Of a DNA stretch of 64,000 bases, positions 1 through 11,637 are shown piece by piece. The DNA lies in the NCBI RefSeq assembly GCF_006345805.1, contig NW_021832382.1, positions 186,001-250,000 of the forward strand, read 5' to 3'. Positions within the stretch are counted from its first letter, which is position 1; each line of letters starts with the position of its first letter. This DNA comes from Octopus sinensis (Eukaryota). The notes below the pieces were generated by a model. It saw only the letters and a list, made by a program, of their open reading frames with translations. It did no database searches and was not told the DNA's origin. The translations under genes and the position numbers were made by a program.

Positions 1-70
1 ACTCCTTTCTACCAATATTTCTACAAAACAAGGATAGCATTAAAATAAAAGCAGTAATGAGTGACTTTGC

Positions 71-350
71 CTAAATTAAAATAATATGAGAAAAATTAAC
101 GAATACCTTTATTAAGTTAATATCGACGAATTGTAGTTGTACGTTAAGTACATTGAACTTGGCAAAAATGTCTGCTAAATAAGCAACATCATGTATAATA
201 GATTCTAGTTCTGGACCAAGGTGAGAGTTCAAAGATTTTAGGAATTCAACCACAGTGTCGAAGAGAAAAAATATACATCCCAAACAGTCACTCTTTGATA
301 GCCACCTTACTTCTGTATGCATTAAAAGTCGTACAAAATCTTTATCATTA
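71..350 (-). pseudogene. hAT transposase remnant (ZBED/SCAND3/GTF2IRD2-like)
   Basis: Translation HTEVRWLSK...DVAYLADIFAKFNVLNVQLQ matches the conserved hAT H-x-x-VRWLS block; runs toward the window edge. Confidence 0.75.
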
Positions 351-419
351 TCGACACAAGGCTGGTAAAAAGACGTGAATTTAGCGAGTTTGATTTAATT
401 TTGTTAATAGAAGAAATAA

Positions 420-1084
420 CTGTATTAGGAGAAGAATATAATCGAGCAGTTGTGTTTTTAGCAACTAAATGCTGGCGATGAATCACACAATGAATAGTCA
501 GTACAGTTGGTACGTGTTGTTTTTCATCGCTCCCTTTAAATTTATATCGCCCCCAGTAAACGATTTAGTCATAAACGCCCCCTTTAAATTTTGTATCTCC
601 CACTTTGGGAAACCCTGGTTTAGAAGATCGATTAGAGCGTCTTTGTTGTCTAAAACGAAGTTAACATCGTCAGCATAGACAATTTCGGTGATAAAGTCGT
701 CGTAGAAAGCTCTTAGATCTCTCAGGGCGGCTTCCAGGTAGATGACAAACAGTAGGAGAGAGAATCTGCCCATATTTGTTTCGAACGGCCTGAGTGAGAC
801 GATTTAACAAGAACTGACAATTCTGTCCTAGCAAGCAGTACCCGTATCATTCTGACTTTGTTCTCAGCCAGGAAACTTTGTAGGATGCAGATGAGTAAAT
901 CACAACGGAGACAGTCAAAAGCTTTCGACATGTCGATTCCGAAGATGGTCGTGGCTCTTTTGAATTTCTGTTGGATAGGGCATCGCCATCTGTGACTCCA
1001 GACAATGCCCGCGGTGAATCTTTCCGCTCTGAATCCGAACTGACTCGGCGCCAGATATTCATTAACTCTTGCATTTTTTATTAT
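420..1084 (-). mobile_element. Degenerate non-LTR (RTE-like) reverse transcriptase fragment
   Basis: QFGFR, IDMSKAFD and YADD motifs across frameshifted ORFs; close similarity to 49255-50110. Confidence 0.8.
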
Positions 1085-1334
1085 TTTTTTTAAATAAAAC
1101 AATAAGGAGGTGAAAAGATAGCTAAGCTAATTACTGGCCTCACGAGACACCCGGCCAGCTTTGCGAATGGCGAAGCCGTTCCCTCGGATCACTGCAATCG
1201 ACAGACGTTCCAGGAGCCAAGAATACTTTCTTGGATCGTGGCTAGTCTTTGAAATCCGTCGACCGAGCGAGCGAAGGAAGCGGAGTGTCTTGGGGCCGAA
1301 AATCCCGGAGGACTCCACGGCAATTGGAGTAAAG
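1085..1334 (-). mobile_element. CRE-clade RLE LINE, 3' end fragment (subfamily A)
   Basis: Near-identical to 4826-5044; encodes FTPIAVESSG...WLLERLSIAVIRGN; A-tail seen as a T-run at about 1085-1092. Confidence 0.8.
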
Positions 1335-1723
1335 TTTAAATTACGAAATGGTATCAAGTCAGAAAATTTCATGGAGACACTGGGTCAGTAAATCATGATG
1401 AAAAATCTATTGCTGATTTTAATGAAACAATCAGTTTAAAAACTGAACAATATGGATTGGACAATGTCTATAATTCAGATGAAAGTGGTGTTTTTTACAA
1501 GGCGATTTCTTCTAAACATGTGTGCACTAAATCAAGGCCTGGAATAGAGTTATTGAAGGATCGATTTTCTTTACTATTATGCGCAAATTGTTCTGGTTCC
1601 GATAAAAGAAGGCCTGTAATGATAGGAAGATTTAAAAGTCCAAGATGTTTTAAAAATTTCAACATTGGAAAATATGTTACCTACACCCATTCCAATAAGA
1701 CATGGATGAACCGTGAAATTTTT
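1335..1723 (+). mobile_element. Tigger/pogo DDE transposase fragment
   Basis: FKLRNGI...VYNSDESGVFYK...RFSLLLCANCSGSDKRRPVMIGRFKSPRCFK...TWMNREIF is the typical pogo catalytic N-half. Confidence 0.85.
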
Positions 1724-1894
1724 AATCCCAAATAAGGGATTTCCCCTGCTCGTATGGGAAGGTGGACATGCCGTCAGGGCGTTTGCCATCCCCTCTATCC
1801 AGTCCAACAGGTTCAAGGATTGACGGAATGCCAGCTGAAGCGAGGGCTCTCTGTATGATCGAGTTGAGTTCACTGTGACGGGGGGCGCGACCAG
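1724..1894 (-). mobile_element. CRE-clade LINE internal fragment (subfamily A)
   Basis: Near-identical to 5169-5339 ([13 protein letters not shown]...GKRPDG). Confidence 0.8.
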
Positions 1895-2631
1895 ACACGG
1901 TGTTGATTGGAGACATTTAAGAATATTTTCAAATTTACAAAATAAAAATGTACCAAAGTACACGAAAAAAATACGCCGTAGGACAGCCCGTATGGAACCG
2001 ACCACACTCGAAGGCGACCCAAAGTGCAATGGATGGCCAGCGAATGGCACATTTGCCTAATTGATAACAAACATGCACGACCAGGTAAGTACTTAGCATA
2101 TGCACACATTAGGAAATAGATACAACTAAATTATTAAAATGTATGGATTTTTAATTAGCTTTGAGGTATATACATTTAAATAGATTATCCAATTTTTTAT
2201 TGAGTTTTAAAATAAATGACAAATTAAGTAATTACAAATTTATTAAATTTATAAAAAGGTGATTTTTAAACACTACTTGTTTAATCCTTGATCGCTTAAA
2301 TGTTTATATTCTCCATTCGACTGTATTTATGACTGTGTTTATGACATTTACATTAGTTATGACATTTACATTAGTTAACCATTATTTATTAATTTTTTAA
2401 TAACCTCCGTATCAACGTGCTTTTAGGTAAGTCAGTTCTTATAAAGATTTTTATTTGTCATATGGATGGTTTATAAACACAATTATTTATTGAAAAAATT
2501 GAATAAAGTTATTTGTATAGTTTTTATAATTAATTTTTGTAAATCATTCGAAATGTGTTTCGAATTTTTTACAGTATTGTTTGTTATATTTTGAGAAAAG
2601 CAATTCGAACAAGAACTTAATTTATGACAAT

Positions 2632-3115
2632 TTAAATTCCATCAAATAAAGTGATTGGGCTAATATCGTAGCTCTCATCGATTTGGCCATCTTCTGCATT
2701 AAGCATGATATCTTCAACAGTATATTCTTCTTGAAACAGTGCAATGATTTCATCGTCATCAATGACTTTTTGTATTTGAAGCATATCTTCTTCAATCATA
2801 ATTTGGTCTAGCTGATTACTGTGTGCCTCAATAATTGGATATGGGGACAACTCTTCTTCAGCATAAGACTCATCAATACCTTGAATAATTCCAACTTTTT
2901 TGAAACAATTACTAATAGTTTCTTGTTTCACACTTGCCCAAGCTTCGTGAAGTAACAACATAGCGTGTCTAAGATTAACAAAAAAATCTAATGATTGATT
3001 AAGCGAGTTCATATAATCAACCACTAACATTTTTTCTGTAATGATGCTTTAGATTTTTTATTATTCCTGCATCCATTGGTTAAAGATGAGCAGTTGAGTT
3101 CTTTGGAAGCCTTAT
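2632..3115 (-). mobile_element. Tigger/pogo transposase C-terminal remnant
   Basis: NLRHAMLLLHEAWASVKQETISNCFKKVGI followed by an acidic tail. Confidence 0.75.
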
Positions 3116-3129
3116 AACTTGAATGTTTC

Positions 3130-3830
3130 CAGCTCTCCTTCGAAGCTTGAAAAGTCCTCATACTTCCCCTCCCAAACAGGAATTGGGTAGGCTCCCTCTT
3201 CAGGACTCGATACCGCTTAGATAATTGTATCGACTCCAGAATACATAAAATTTTAATGACTGAGGTCTTTCCACAGTTGGGAAAATCACGATTTTACTTT
3301 TCAATAAACAAAAATTGTGTTTCACTTGAATGTCAATCACAATTGAAGTGTTCACCCAGATTTTCACTTCAGTGTCGTAAATATCGATCGAACTGAATTT
3401 GTGTTGATACATTTAGATTTTTCAATGCCACACATTGTTCATATGTACAGATATATGCATCCTACAACTTCGTTATGTTTTCTCATGTAGTAACTGTTCA
3501 ACATTCTGATTAAATGATCAACGGATTTCTTGGCTTTTTTACAGTAATTACATGTTGATTCTTTTGGATCAAAAAATTAATTTCTATCCTAAACACTATA
3601 TAGCTTTGTATTTAGGCTGTTATTTCTCGTGGGAAGCTATTGAGAAGATTCAACATCTTCATTCTCCTTACTGTTAAAAAGAACAGAATACTGATATGGA
3701 ATAAGTTTTTTTTCTTCTGTAATAAAGTAAGTAATGTTCTGAATAATCTTCATGCAAACTTTGCTGAATTTTTATAGATTAGAAAAGCAATTCTCAACCT
3801 TCAAGAATTAAATCAATAATTAAGAGTTTC
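3130..3830 (-). mobile_element. Degenerate R2/NeSL-like RLE LINE C-terminal remnant
   Basis: KHNEVVGCIYLY and VKIWVNTSIVIDIQVKHN align with the HNEV/RLE region of 35420-37117. Confidence 0.6.
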
Positions 3831-4399
3831 TTTGTGGCTCAGAAAAAAAATATTTTTACACATTTTCTACACGCACCGGAGGCACGGGTATCAGGTCGGC
3901 GCTGGATTTCGCACTTCCGGCATATCTGTTATCGCTTTTAAGCTGCAGTCATCTCGTCCAGAAAGTCCAAACTCACACTACTATCCTTGGACACAGTATT
4001 TGACGAGGCTTGCTTGCAGTAGAAGGAAGCTGAACTTTCGATCCAGGATGATGTCTCGAGACAGAATTGTTAAGACGCAATATCGTGCAAAGCTATTGTT
4101 GATGACCTAAAGCGGGGGTTGAACTAACACTGTTTTGTCTGTTTGCTTTCTGGGCCACAACACGGGAAGGGTGCATGGCTCCACGCATTTCCATACAGTT
4201 CATTCGGTACTTTTATGGACGACGATTGTGAGATAATCGGTGTTACAAAACGTGTGGGTCTTGACGTATGTCAAGAACACAGGTGGCATCCTAGGTAAGA
4301 GGCTTCCCCCTGTTGCAGGAAAACACAGTCATACAGATTTAATAAAGAATTCACTGAAAATAAATTTAAGACTTTTTTTGAAATGACAATTTTTCTTAA

Positions 4400-4790
4400 A
4401 AGGAAACAGAGAGAAAAGAGAGTTAACAAGAGGACTTCCCCGCCTCGTAGATGGAGAAACAGTTTCCACGTACAATGGCAAGGGAAATCCTCTGAAAGAT
4501 CCATCCACACTCGCGCGAGTCGTTTCTCTTGCGAGAAATCAGACGACCCAGCTTTTTGAGGAAAATGAGTGACCTGTCACCGATTACGCCAGAGGTCTCC
4601 ACGGCGATCGGGGTAAACAGATAGCGTTCCGAGAAATTGGTGTACTTTGAAATCTTTAATTTTTCTGCTCTGCGAGAACCAGAGCCAGCTGCGACAGCTG
4701 AGGAGGAAGATTTTGTTCGGAAAAAGTATCTGAGCAAGTTGCATCCCATATCAGCGATTTTCCAGACTCGAATTTAAAACTTTCAGAAAC
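4400..4790 (-). mobile_element. CRE-clade LINE 3' fragment (subfamily B)
   Basis: KSLIWDATCSDTFS and YLFTPIAVETSG...WIFQRISLAIVRGN. Confidence 0.75.
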
Positions 4791-4825
4791 TTTTTTTTTG
4801 TAAATAACGATATCTAAAAGTAAAA

Positions 4826-5590
4826 AGATAGCTAAGCTAATTAAAGGCCTCACGAGACACCCGGCCAGCCTCGCGAATGGCGAAGCCGTTCCCTCGGATC
4901 ACAGCAATCGACAGACGTTCCAGGAGCCAAGAATACTCTCTTGGATCGTGGCTAGTCCTTGAAATTCGTCGGCCGAGCGAGCGAAGGAAGCGGAGTGTCT
5001 TGGGGCCGAAAATCCCGGAGGACTCCACGGCAATTGGAGTAAAGAACAGCGAGTTGGAAAGATGGCCGTACTTGAGAATCTTTCGGTCCTCGGCCTGCCT
5101 CGAAGCGTGCATAGGATTGGCGGCGGACTGAGCGAGATTTCCAAGCGAGAACGTGTCCGAACAGGTAGAATCCCAAATAAGGGATTTCCCCTGCTCGTAT
5201 GGGAAGGTGGACAACCCGTCTGGGCGTTTGCCGTCCCCTCTATCCAGTCCAACAGGTTCAAGGATTGACGGGATGCCAGCTGAAGCGAGGGCTCTCTGTA
5301 TGATCGAGTTGAGTTCACTGTGACGGAGGGCGCGACCAGCACTTCGCCGGCATGCGAGGGGGTGCAAACCGTACTCGTCAACAGTTCCCCCGCAACGGCA
5401 TTTGTGCGACTGGCAGATTTTCAGCCCGACACGGAGGGAAATTGCCATTCTTAGGCATTCCTTGTCCACCAGGTTCCCGATGGAAGGGAGAGGGAGAGCC
5501 TTCAACCAGACACCGCTGCCTTCGCAGCGACCTGCACGGAGGCAAGCGACACGACTCTTGCAACCAGACTCTTGCATTTATGCGGCTCAG
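4826..5590 (-). mobile_element. CRE-clade LINE, 5'-truncated (subfamily A), intact C-terminal zinc-knuckle plus RLE ORF
   Basis: 246-aa ORF with CRCG...H.LAC knuckle, RH motif and KRPDG...WDSTCSD restriction-like endonuclease motifs. Confidence 0.85.
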
Positions 5591-5949
5591 TACAACTAGC
5601 GAAAGGAGTTTTCTCGGGTATTCAGAAGTATGACAGGGCGGGATTTTGTTGGCTTTTTGTATAGGGATTAGGGTGCCAGTCCCTAGCGGGAGTGGGTCGT
5701 GAACATGTCATTGAATTTTTTTTTAATGCACATTCGCGTTGCCCAAAGCTTTTGCAGTGGGCTTTGCTTGCGCAGGACAACACACTTTATTTTTAAGAGA
5801 AAGAACAGTTATTTCTAATTAATCCGAAGAAAGAGCCAAGCAGACAAGAGAAAACTGTTCAATTTCTAACATTTTTCTTTTATTGCGCATGCGTCCTTTG
5901 AATATAGTCGCAATTTTGTCCATAAGCGACTTGGGACCATACTTAATCA

Positions 5950-6214
5950 GCTCTGCATTGATGTGATCTGGTTCAGTAACCCGACAGTTCTTGAGTTTGC
6001 AAACACTACACCGCTGTCTGCAGGAATTGAGGCAGGTCGCTGGAAACTATTCGGGCACATTTTGAGACTGAGCCCAGCCACTCCCGCTAATCTCTTCATG
6101 CACAAATACTTTATGGAGTATGGCAAAAAATATCGTGGAAGACCGAGATTCACCTTCCCGGGAGTTTTGGGCAAGGATCTCAGCTTCCTTAATAATAATG
6201 ATTGCATTTTCTAA
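5950..6214 (+). mobile_element. RTE-like LINE 3' remnant
   Basis: RWKLFGHILRL...RGRPR; alignable with 49880-50040. Confidence 0.7.
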
Positions 6215-6229
6215 ACGGTCGTATTAGTT

Positions 6230-7623
6230 TGTGATGATATTAAAATCTTGGACAATATATGCTAACGATTCTTCTTAACTGTTTTCTGTAAAAGGAATCC
6301 AGCGACAAAATTTTTTGGTAAATCCTCAGGTATTAATAAAATGAATGAATACAATTAAGTCTAAAGGTATTAATTGAAAATTAGTTTTTAGGCGGTTTTT
6401 TGAATTATTCTTTAATATCGTGTTAGGCTGCTCATTTTGCCGAAGAGTTACAACTTAATAACTTTAAAAATTCTAACGGATTTCTGGCAAAATTCAAAAA
6501 GAGACATGATTTTACAATGTTGCTCTTTTCGTTGAGAATTTAAAGAATTCTTTTGTCAAGAATTTAAAGAAATTTCTAAATATTTCAGATAATTTAGAAC
6601 AAGTTAGTATTATGTTTATGATAGATATGTAGCCTGGCGGATTGCCAAACTGTTTCCCCGGATAATGGCGATCGAGAACCGTTGCATTAGCCAGTCCGCC
6701 TCCCGAGGATCATGGGTGCGCATTGAGATTTTGGCTCCGAGCTTGCGAAGAAACTTTTCAGTTTTTGAACTGAGAGCACCCGACGTCTCCGCCGCGATCG
6801 GCATCACGGAAAACTCCTCCGAGAGGGCAGAATATTTTGATAGCTTTAAATCTTCAGCTTTCTTAGCTGCAGATTTAGCCTCCAGAGCACACGAAGTTAA
6901 GTGAGAAGCAGAAAAGGTGTCCCAGCAGGTTGCATCCCATACGAGGCCTTTTCCGCCTTCAAAGGGGAAAAGGGTCATCCCGTCAGGACGTTTCCCGTCG
7001 CCGCGGTCAAGACCCGGTGGTTTGAGGACCGAAGGAATTCCCGCCAAGTCGAGGGCCCTCCGTATGATGTCATTCATAGCAGAGTGCCTCGGGAAACGTC
7101 CGGCACTCCTCCTGCACGATAAAGGGTGCAGACCGAAAGGGTCAACAGTGCAGCCACAGCGGCACGTGTGCGGGACACATTGTCTTAGTCCGAGGCTCAG
7201 AGAGACTCCGATCCTTACCGCTTCATCGTCAAGAAGAGTGGAGATTTCTAAATTGTATAAGCCTGAACAAATTTATAATCTGGATGAAACTGCATTATAC
7301 TAAAAGCTTATTCTACCAAAAAACATATGCAAAAACCGACTCCAAGGATATCAAAATTTTAAAGACCATGCGTCTATTATGCTTTGTTCAAATATTACCA
7401 GAAGTAATTACTACAACGAATGGATATTAGAATTATAAAAACATTCAAAACATTCATGATAAGAAAGCTACAATATTTAACTGATTTGCTCGGAAAAATT
7501 TGTTCGAAACTGAAAATGTTTTTGTATACAATTCTTTCCAGAAAGTTAATTTGGATTGGGGTCACGTATCTACTGAAACCATTCAAAATTGTTTAAAGAT
7601 TTTAGATGAATCTAATCACAAAA
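6230..7623 (+). mobile_element. Degenerate Tigger/pogo element interrupted by a CRE copy and followed by a Helitron
   Basis: NFKNSNGFLAKFKKRH-like segment before 6580; PEQIYNLDETALY and ETIQNC after 7245. Confidence 0.65.
6582..7243 (-). mobile_element. CRE-clade LINE (subfamily C), 5'-truncated, with 10-bp TSD
   Basis: GKRPDG...WDATCWD ORF 6616-7077; direct repeat ATTTCTAAAT at 6572-6581 and 7244-7253. Confidence 0.85.
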
Positions 7624-7644
7624 TCTTAATAATAAAATGGTATG

Positions 7645-7689
7645 GTGTGTGTCTGTCTGTCTGTCTGTGTGTCTGTCTGTCTGTCTGTG
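7645..7689. repeat. (GT)/(GTCT)n microsatellite in Helitron 5' end
   Basis: Directly visible. Confidence 0.95.
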
Positions 7690-7859
7690 CACACCCACAT
7701 TCAAATTGTTACAAACCAGATCAAATTGTCAAAACCTTCCCTTTTGTAGTTATTCGATAATGAGGCACAATAAAAGGTTGATATCCTCTAAGAACCTTCC
7801 TGTCAAAAAATTTTAATAAGAAAGAATATCCTCGATGATGAGGTCCCCCAAAACCTTCA

Positions 7860-10120
7860 AGTCAATTTTCTGCGTTTTTGTTAAAATGAACAACAAGAAA
7901 GTCCTCGACTCACATGATGTGGTCCCCCAAAACCTTCAAGCCAAAAAATAAAAAAAATTATTTTCTGCGTTTTTGTTAAAATGAACAACAAGAAAGTCCT
8001 CGACTCACATGATGTGGTCCCCCAAAACCTTCAAGCCAAAAAATTAAAAAATTATTTTCTGCGTTTTTGTTAAAATGAACAAAAGAAAGTCCTCGACTCA
8101 CACGATGTGGTCCCCCAAACCTTCAAGCCAAAAAATTAAAAAAATTATTTTCTGCGTTTTTGTTAAAATGAACAACAAGAAAGTCCTCGACTCACATGAT
8201 GTGGTCCCCCAAACCTTCAAGCCAAAAAATTAAAAAAATTATTTTCTGCGTTTTTGTTAAATGAACAACAAGAAAGTCCTCGACTCACATGATGTGGTCC
8301 CCCAAACCTTCAAGCCAAAAAATTAAAAAAAATTATTTTCTGCGTTTTTGTTAAAATGAACAACAAGAAAGTCCTCGACTCACATGATGTGGTCCCCCAA
8401 ACCTTCAAGCTAAAAAATTAAAAAAATTATTTTCTGCGTTTTTGTTAAAATGACCAACAAGAAAGTCCTCGACTCACATGATGTGGTCCCCCAAAACCTT
8501 CAAGCCAAAAAATTAAAAAAATTATTTTCTGCGTTTTGTTAAAATGAACAACAAGAAAGTCCTCGACTCACATGATGTGGTCCCCCAAAACCTTCAAGCC
8601 AAAAAATTAAAAAAAATTATTTTCTGCGTTTTTGTTAAAATGAACAACAAGAAAGTCCTCGACTCACATGATGTGGTTCCCCCAAAACCTTCAAGCTAAA
8701 AAATTAAAAAATTATTTTCTTCTGCGTTTTTGTTAAAATGAACAACAAGAAAGTCCTCGACTCACATGATGTGGTCCCCCAAAACCTTCAAGGTAAAAAA
8801 TTAAAAAATTATTTTCTGCGTTTTTGTTAAAATGAACAACAAGAAAGTCCTCGACTCACATGATGTGGTCCCCCAAAACCTTCAAGCCAAAAAATTAAAA
8901 AAAATTATTTTCTGCGTTTTTGTTAAAATGAACAACAAGAAAGTCCTCGACTCACATGATGTGGTCCCTCAAAACCTTCAAGCCAAAAAATTAAAAAAAT
9001 TATTTTCTGCGTTTTTGTTAAATGAACAACAAGAAAGTCCTCGACTCACATGATGTGGTTCCCCAAAACCTTCAAGCTAAAAAATTAAAAAAATTATTTT
9101 CTGCGTTTTTGTTAAAATGAACAACAACAAGAAAGTCCTCGACTCACATGATGTGGTCCCCCAAAACCTTCAAGGTAAAAAATTAAAAAAATTATTTTCT
9201 GCGTTTTTGTTAAAATGAACAACAAGAAAGTCCTCGACTCACATGATGTGGTCCCCCAAAACCTTCAAGGTAAAAAATTAAAAAAAATTATTTTCTGCGT
9301 TTTTGTTAAAATGAACAACAAGAAAGTCCTCGACTCACATGATGTGGTCCCCCAAAACTTCAATCCAAAAATTAAAAAATTATTTTCTGCGTTTTGTTAA
9401 ATGAACAACAAGAAAGTCCTCGACTCACATGATGTGGTCCCCCAAAACCTTCAAGCCAAAAAATTAAAAAAATTATTTTCTGCGTTTTTGTTAAAATGAA
9501 CAACAAGAAAGTCCTCGACTCACATGATGTGGTCCCCCAAAACCTTCAAGCCAAAAAATTAAAAAAATTATTTTCTGCGTTTTTGTTAAAATGAACAACA
9601 AGAAAGTCCTCGACTCACATGATGTGGTCCCCCAAAACCTTCAAGCTAAAAAATTAAAAAAAATTATTTTCTGCGTTTTTGTTAAATGAACAACAAGAAA
9701 GTCCTCGACTCACATGATGTGGTCCCCCAAAACCTTCAAGTAAAAATTAAAAAAATTATTTTCTGCGTTTTTGTTAAAATGAACAACAAGAAAGTCCTCG
9801 ACTCACATGATGTGGTCCCCCAAAACCTTCAAGCCAAAAAATTAAAAAAAATTATTTTCTGCGTTTTTGTTAAAATGAACAACAAGAAAGTCCTCGACTC
9901 ACATGATGTGGTCCCTCAAAACCTTCAAGCCAAAAATTAAAAAAAATTATTTTCTGCGTTTTTGTTAAATGAACAACAAGAAAGTCCTCGACTCACATGA
10001 TGTGGTCCCCCAAAACCTTCAAGCCAAAAATTAAAAAAAAATATTTTCTGCGTTTTTGTTAAAATGAACGACAAGAAAGTCCTCGACTCACATGATGAGG
10101 TCCTCCACAACCTTCAAGCC
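7860..10120. repeat. About 96-bp tandem satellite, about 24 copies, inside the Helitron
   Basis: Unit ATGAACAACAAGAAAGTCCTCGACTCACATGATGTGGTCCCCCAAAACCTTCAAGCCAAAAAATTAAAAAAATTATTTTCTGCGTTTTTGTTAAA; copies differ mostly in homopolymer length. Confidence 0.95.
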
Positions 10121-10155
10121 TCGTGAGGCCATTAATTAGCTTAGCTATCTTTTTC
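10120..10155 (+). mobile_element. Extreme 3' tip of CRE subfamily A
   Basis: CTCGTGAGGCCATTAATTAGCTTAGCTATCTTTT matches the stop/3' UTR of the copies at 4826 and 17000. Confidence 0.7.
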
Positions 10156-10754
10156 GATGACATAAATTCTTTTTTGTTAAATTTTCGTTAAAAAAATAAA
10201 ATAAAAGCTCTAATTGTTATCGACCATGAATAGACTGTGCAATTATCAGATTTTGAAAACCACTAAAAAGGAAAAAGCAAAAATTATTAGAGATTTACAT
10301 AATTGATTCTTTTTAACTGCCGAAACTGACAAATTCGATTATGCTACTGTTTAGATTTCTTAAAAGATAGAGGCAAATAAAATTTAAATTAGTCATGTAA
10401 ATTTCAATTTGCCTATATTTAAATCTCCTTGATTTAACAGGCTTTAATTTTTTTCCTTATAATACTACAAAGATGAAGCTGATTATCATTTTCTTTACCG
10501 AAACAGACAAGTTCGATTATGCTAAAGTTTCAATTCCTTTAAACATAGAGGCAATTAAGTATAATGGCTTTGATTGGATAATACACTTTACATAAATTTC
10601 ACTAAATAAATTTACGTAGAAAATTTAATATAAATTACTGATTCGCGTTTACAAAATCATAAGAATGTCCTATAAAGAGAGATCTGAGAATGTTAACAAA
10701 CAAGAGAATATGAACCATATAACAAAAAAAGAGAAACGAGGAAGATGTGCTTAA

Positions 10755-11637
10755 ATGGTGAGGGAACTTAGACAACAGCTGAACAAGGTCAGGACTGCTG
10801 TAGACTCAACTACGGGTAATAGAATTATGCATTCTAGGTTAATTGTTTGGGATGAATGTACGATGGCTCATAAAGGCGCATTCAAGCAGTTGACCGAACA
10901 TATAGAGATATCAAGAATTGTAGCGACCATTTGTTTGGGGGAGCATTAGTTGTATTGGCAGGTGATTTTAGACAGACGCTGCCAATTATTCAAAGAGGGA
11001 CGCCTGCGGATGAATTGAATGCCTGCCTCAAATCGTCATATTTGTGGACACACGTGAAAAAGGTAAGCTTAGATGTAAATGTACATGCACATTTACAAGG
11101 CGTTAATAGCATATTCCCACAAATCCTTCTAGATATTGGAAATGGGGCAATCACTTCAGAAATGCACGACCAGAAAATTAGGCTACCGGAAGAATTATGT
11201 ATTTTCGTAGAAACAGCAGAAGAATTATTGAATGCCGTCTATTCCGAACTATCTGAACACTACGTGAATTTCGACTGGCTGCGTGAACGAGCTATATTAG
11301 CTCCACTTAATGATGAGGTACTTAATATAAATTTAGATTATTAATGAAAATCCCTGGCAGAGAAAGAATATATAAATCGGTCGACGTTATTATGGACCAT
11401 GAAAGGGCCTGCGATAGATTTAAGAGACTACAATTTCCGCTGAAGATAAGTTTTGCTATGACAATAAACAAGGCCCAGGGACAGTCTTTAAAGGTAGTAG
11501 GCTTATTTTTAGAGAACGAGTGCTTTTCACATGGCCAGCTGTATGTGGGGTGCTCAAGGGTAGGTAGAAGAGAAATTTATTTATATTTGCCAAGGATGGA
11601 CGGACTGCAAACATCGTTTAAACAGGCCTTAGAATAG
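10755..11637 (+). pseudogene. Helitron Pif1-family helicase remnant
   Basis: IVWDECTM, FGGALVVLAGDFRQTLP, RAILAP and [22 protein letters not shown] motifs; frameshifts and an internal deletion. Confidence 0.9.

Noticed and set aside
2075-2445. SL RNA gene near CRE copies (AG|GTAAGT sites at about 2083 and 2426)
   Set aside because: No repeated leader, Sm site or stem-loop architecture was recognisable.
4877-5633. Several overlapping antisense and alternate-frame ORFs
   Set aside because: These are shadows of the GC-rich CRE coding sequence. The same applies to overlapping ORFs across CLCN7 and DDX39B.
7860-10120. CRISPR array or a repeat-protein gene (MNNKKVLDSH... ORFs)
   Set aside because: It is a plain tandem repeat without spacers, and the ORFs open and close with homopolymer length.
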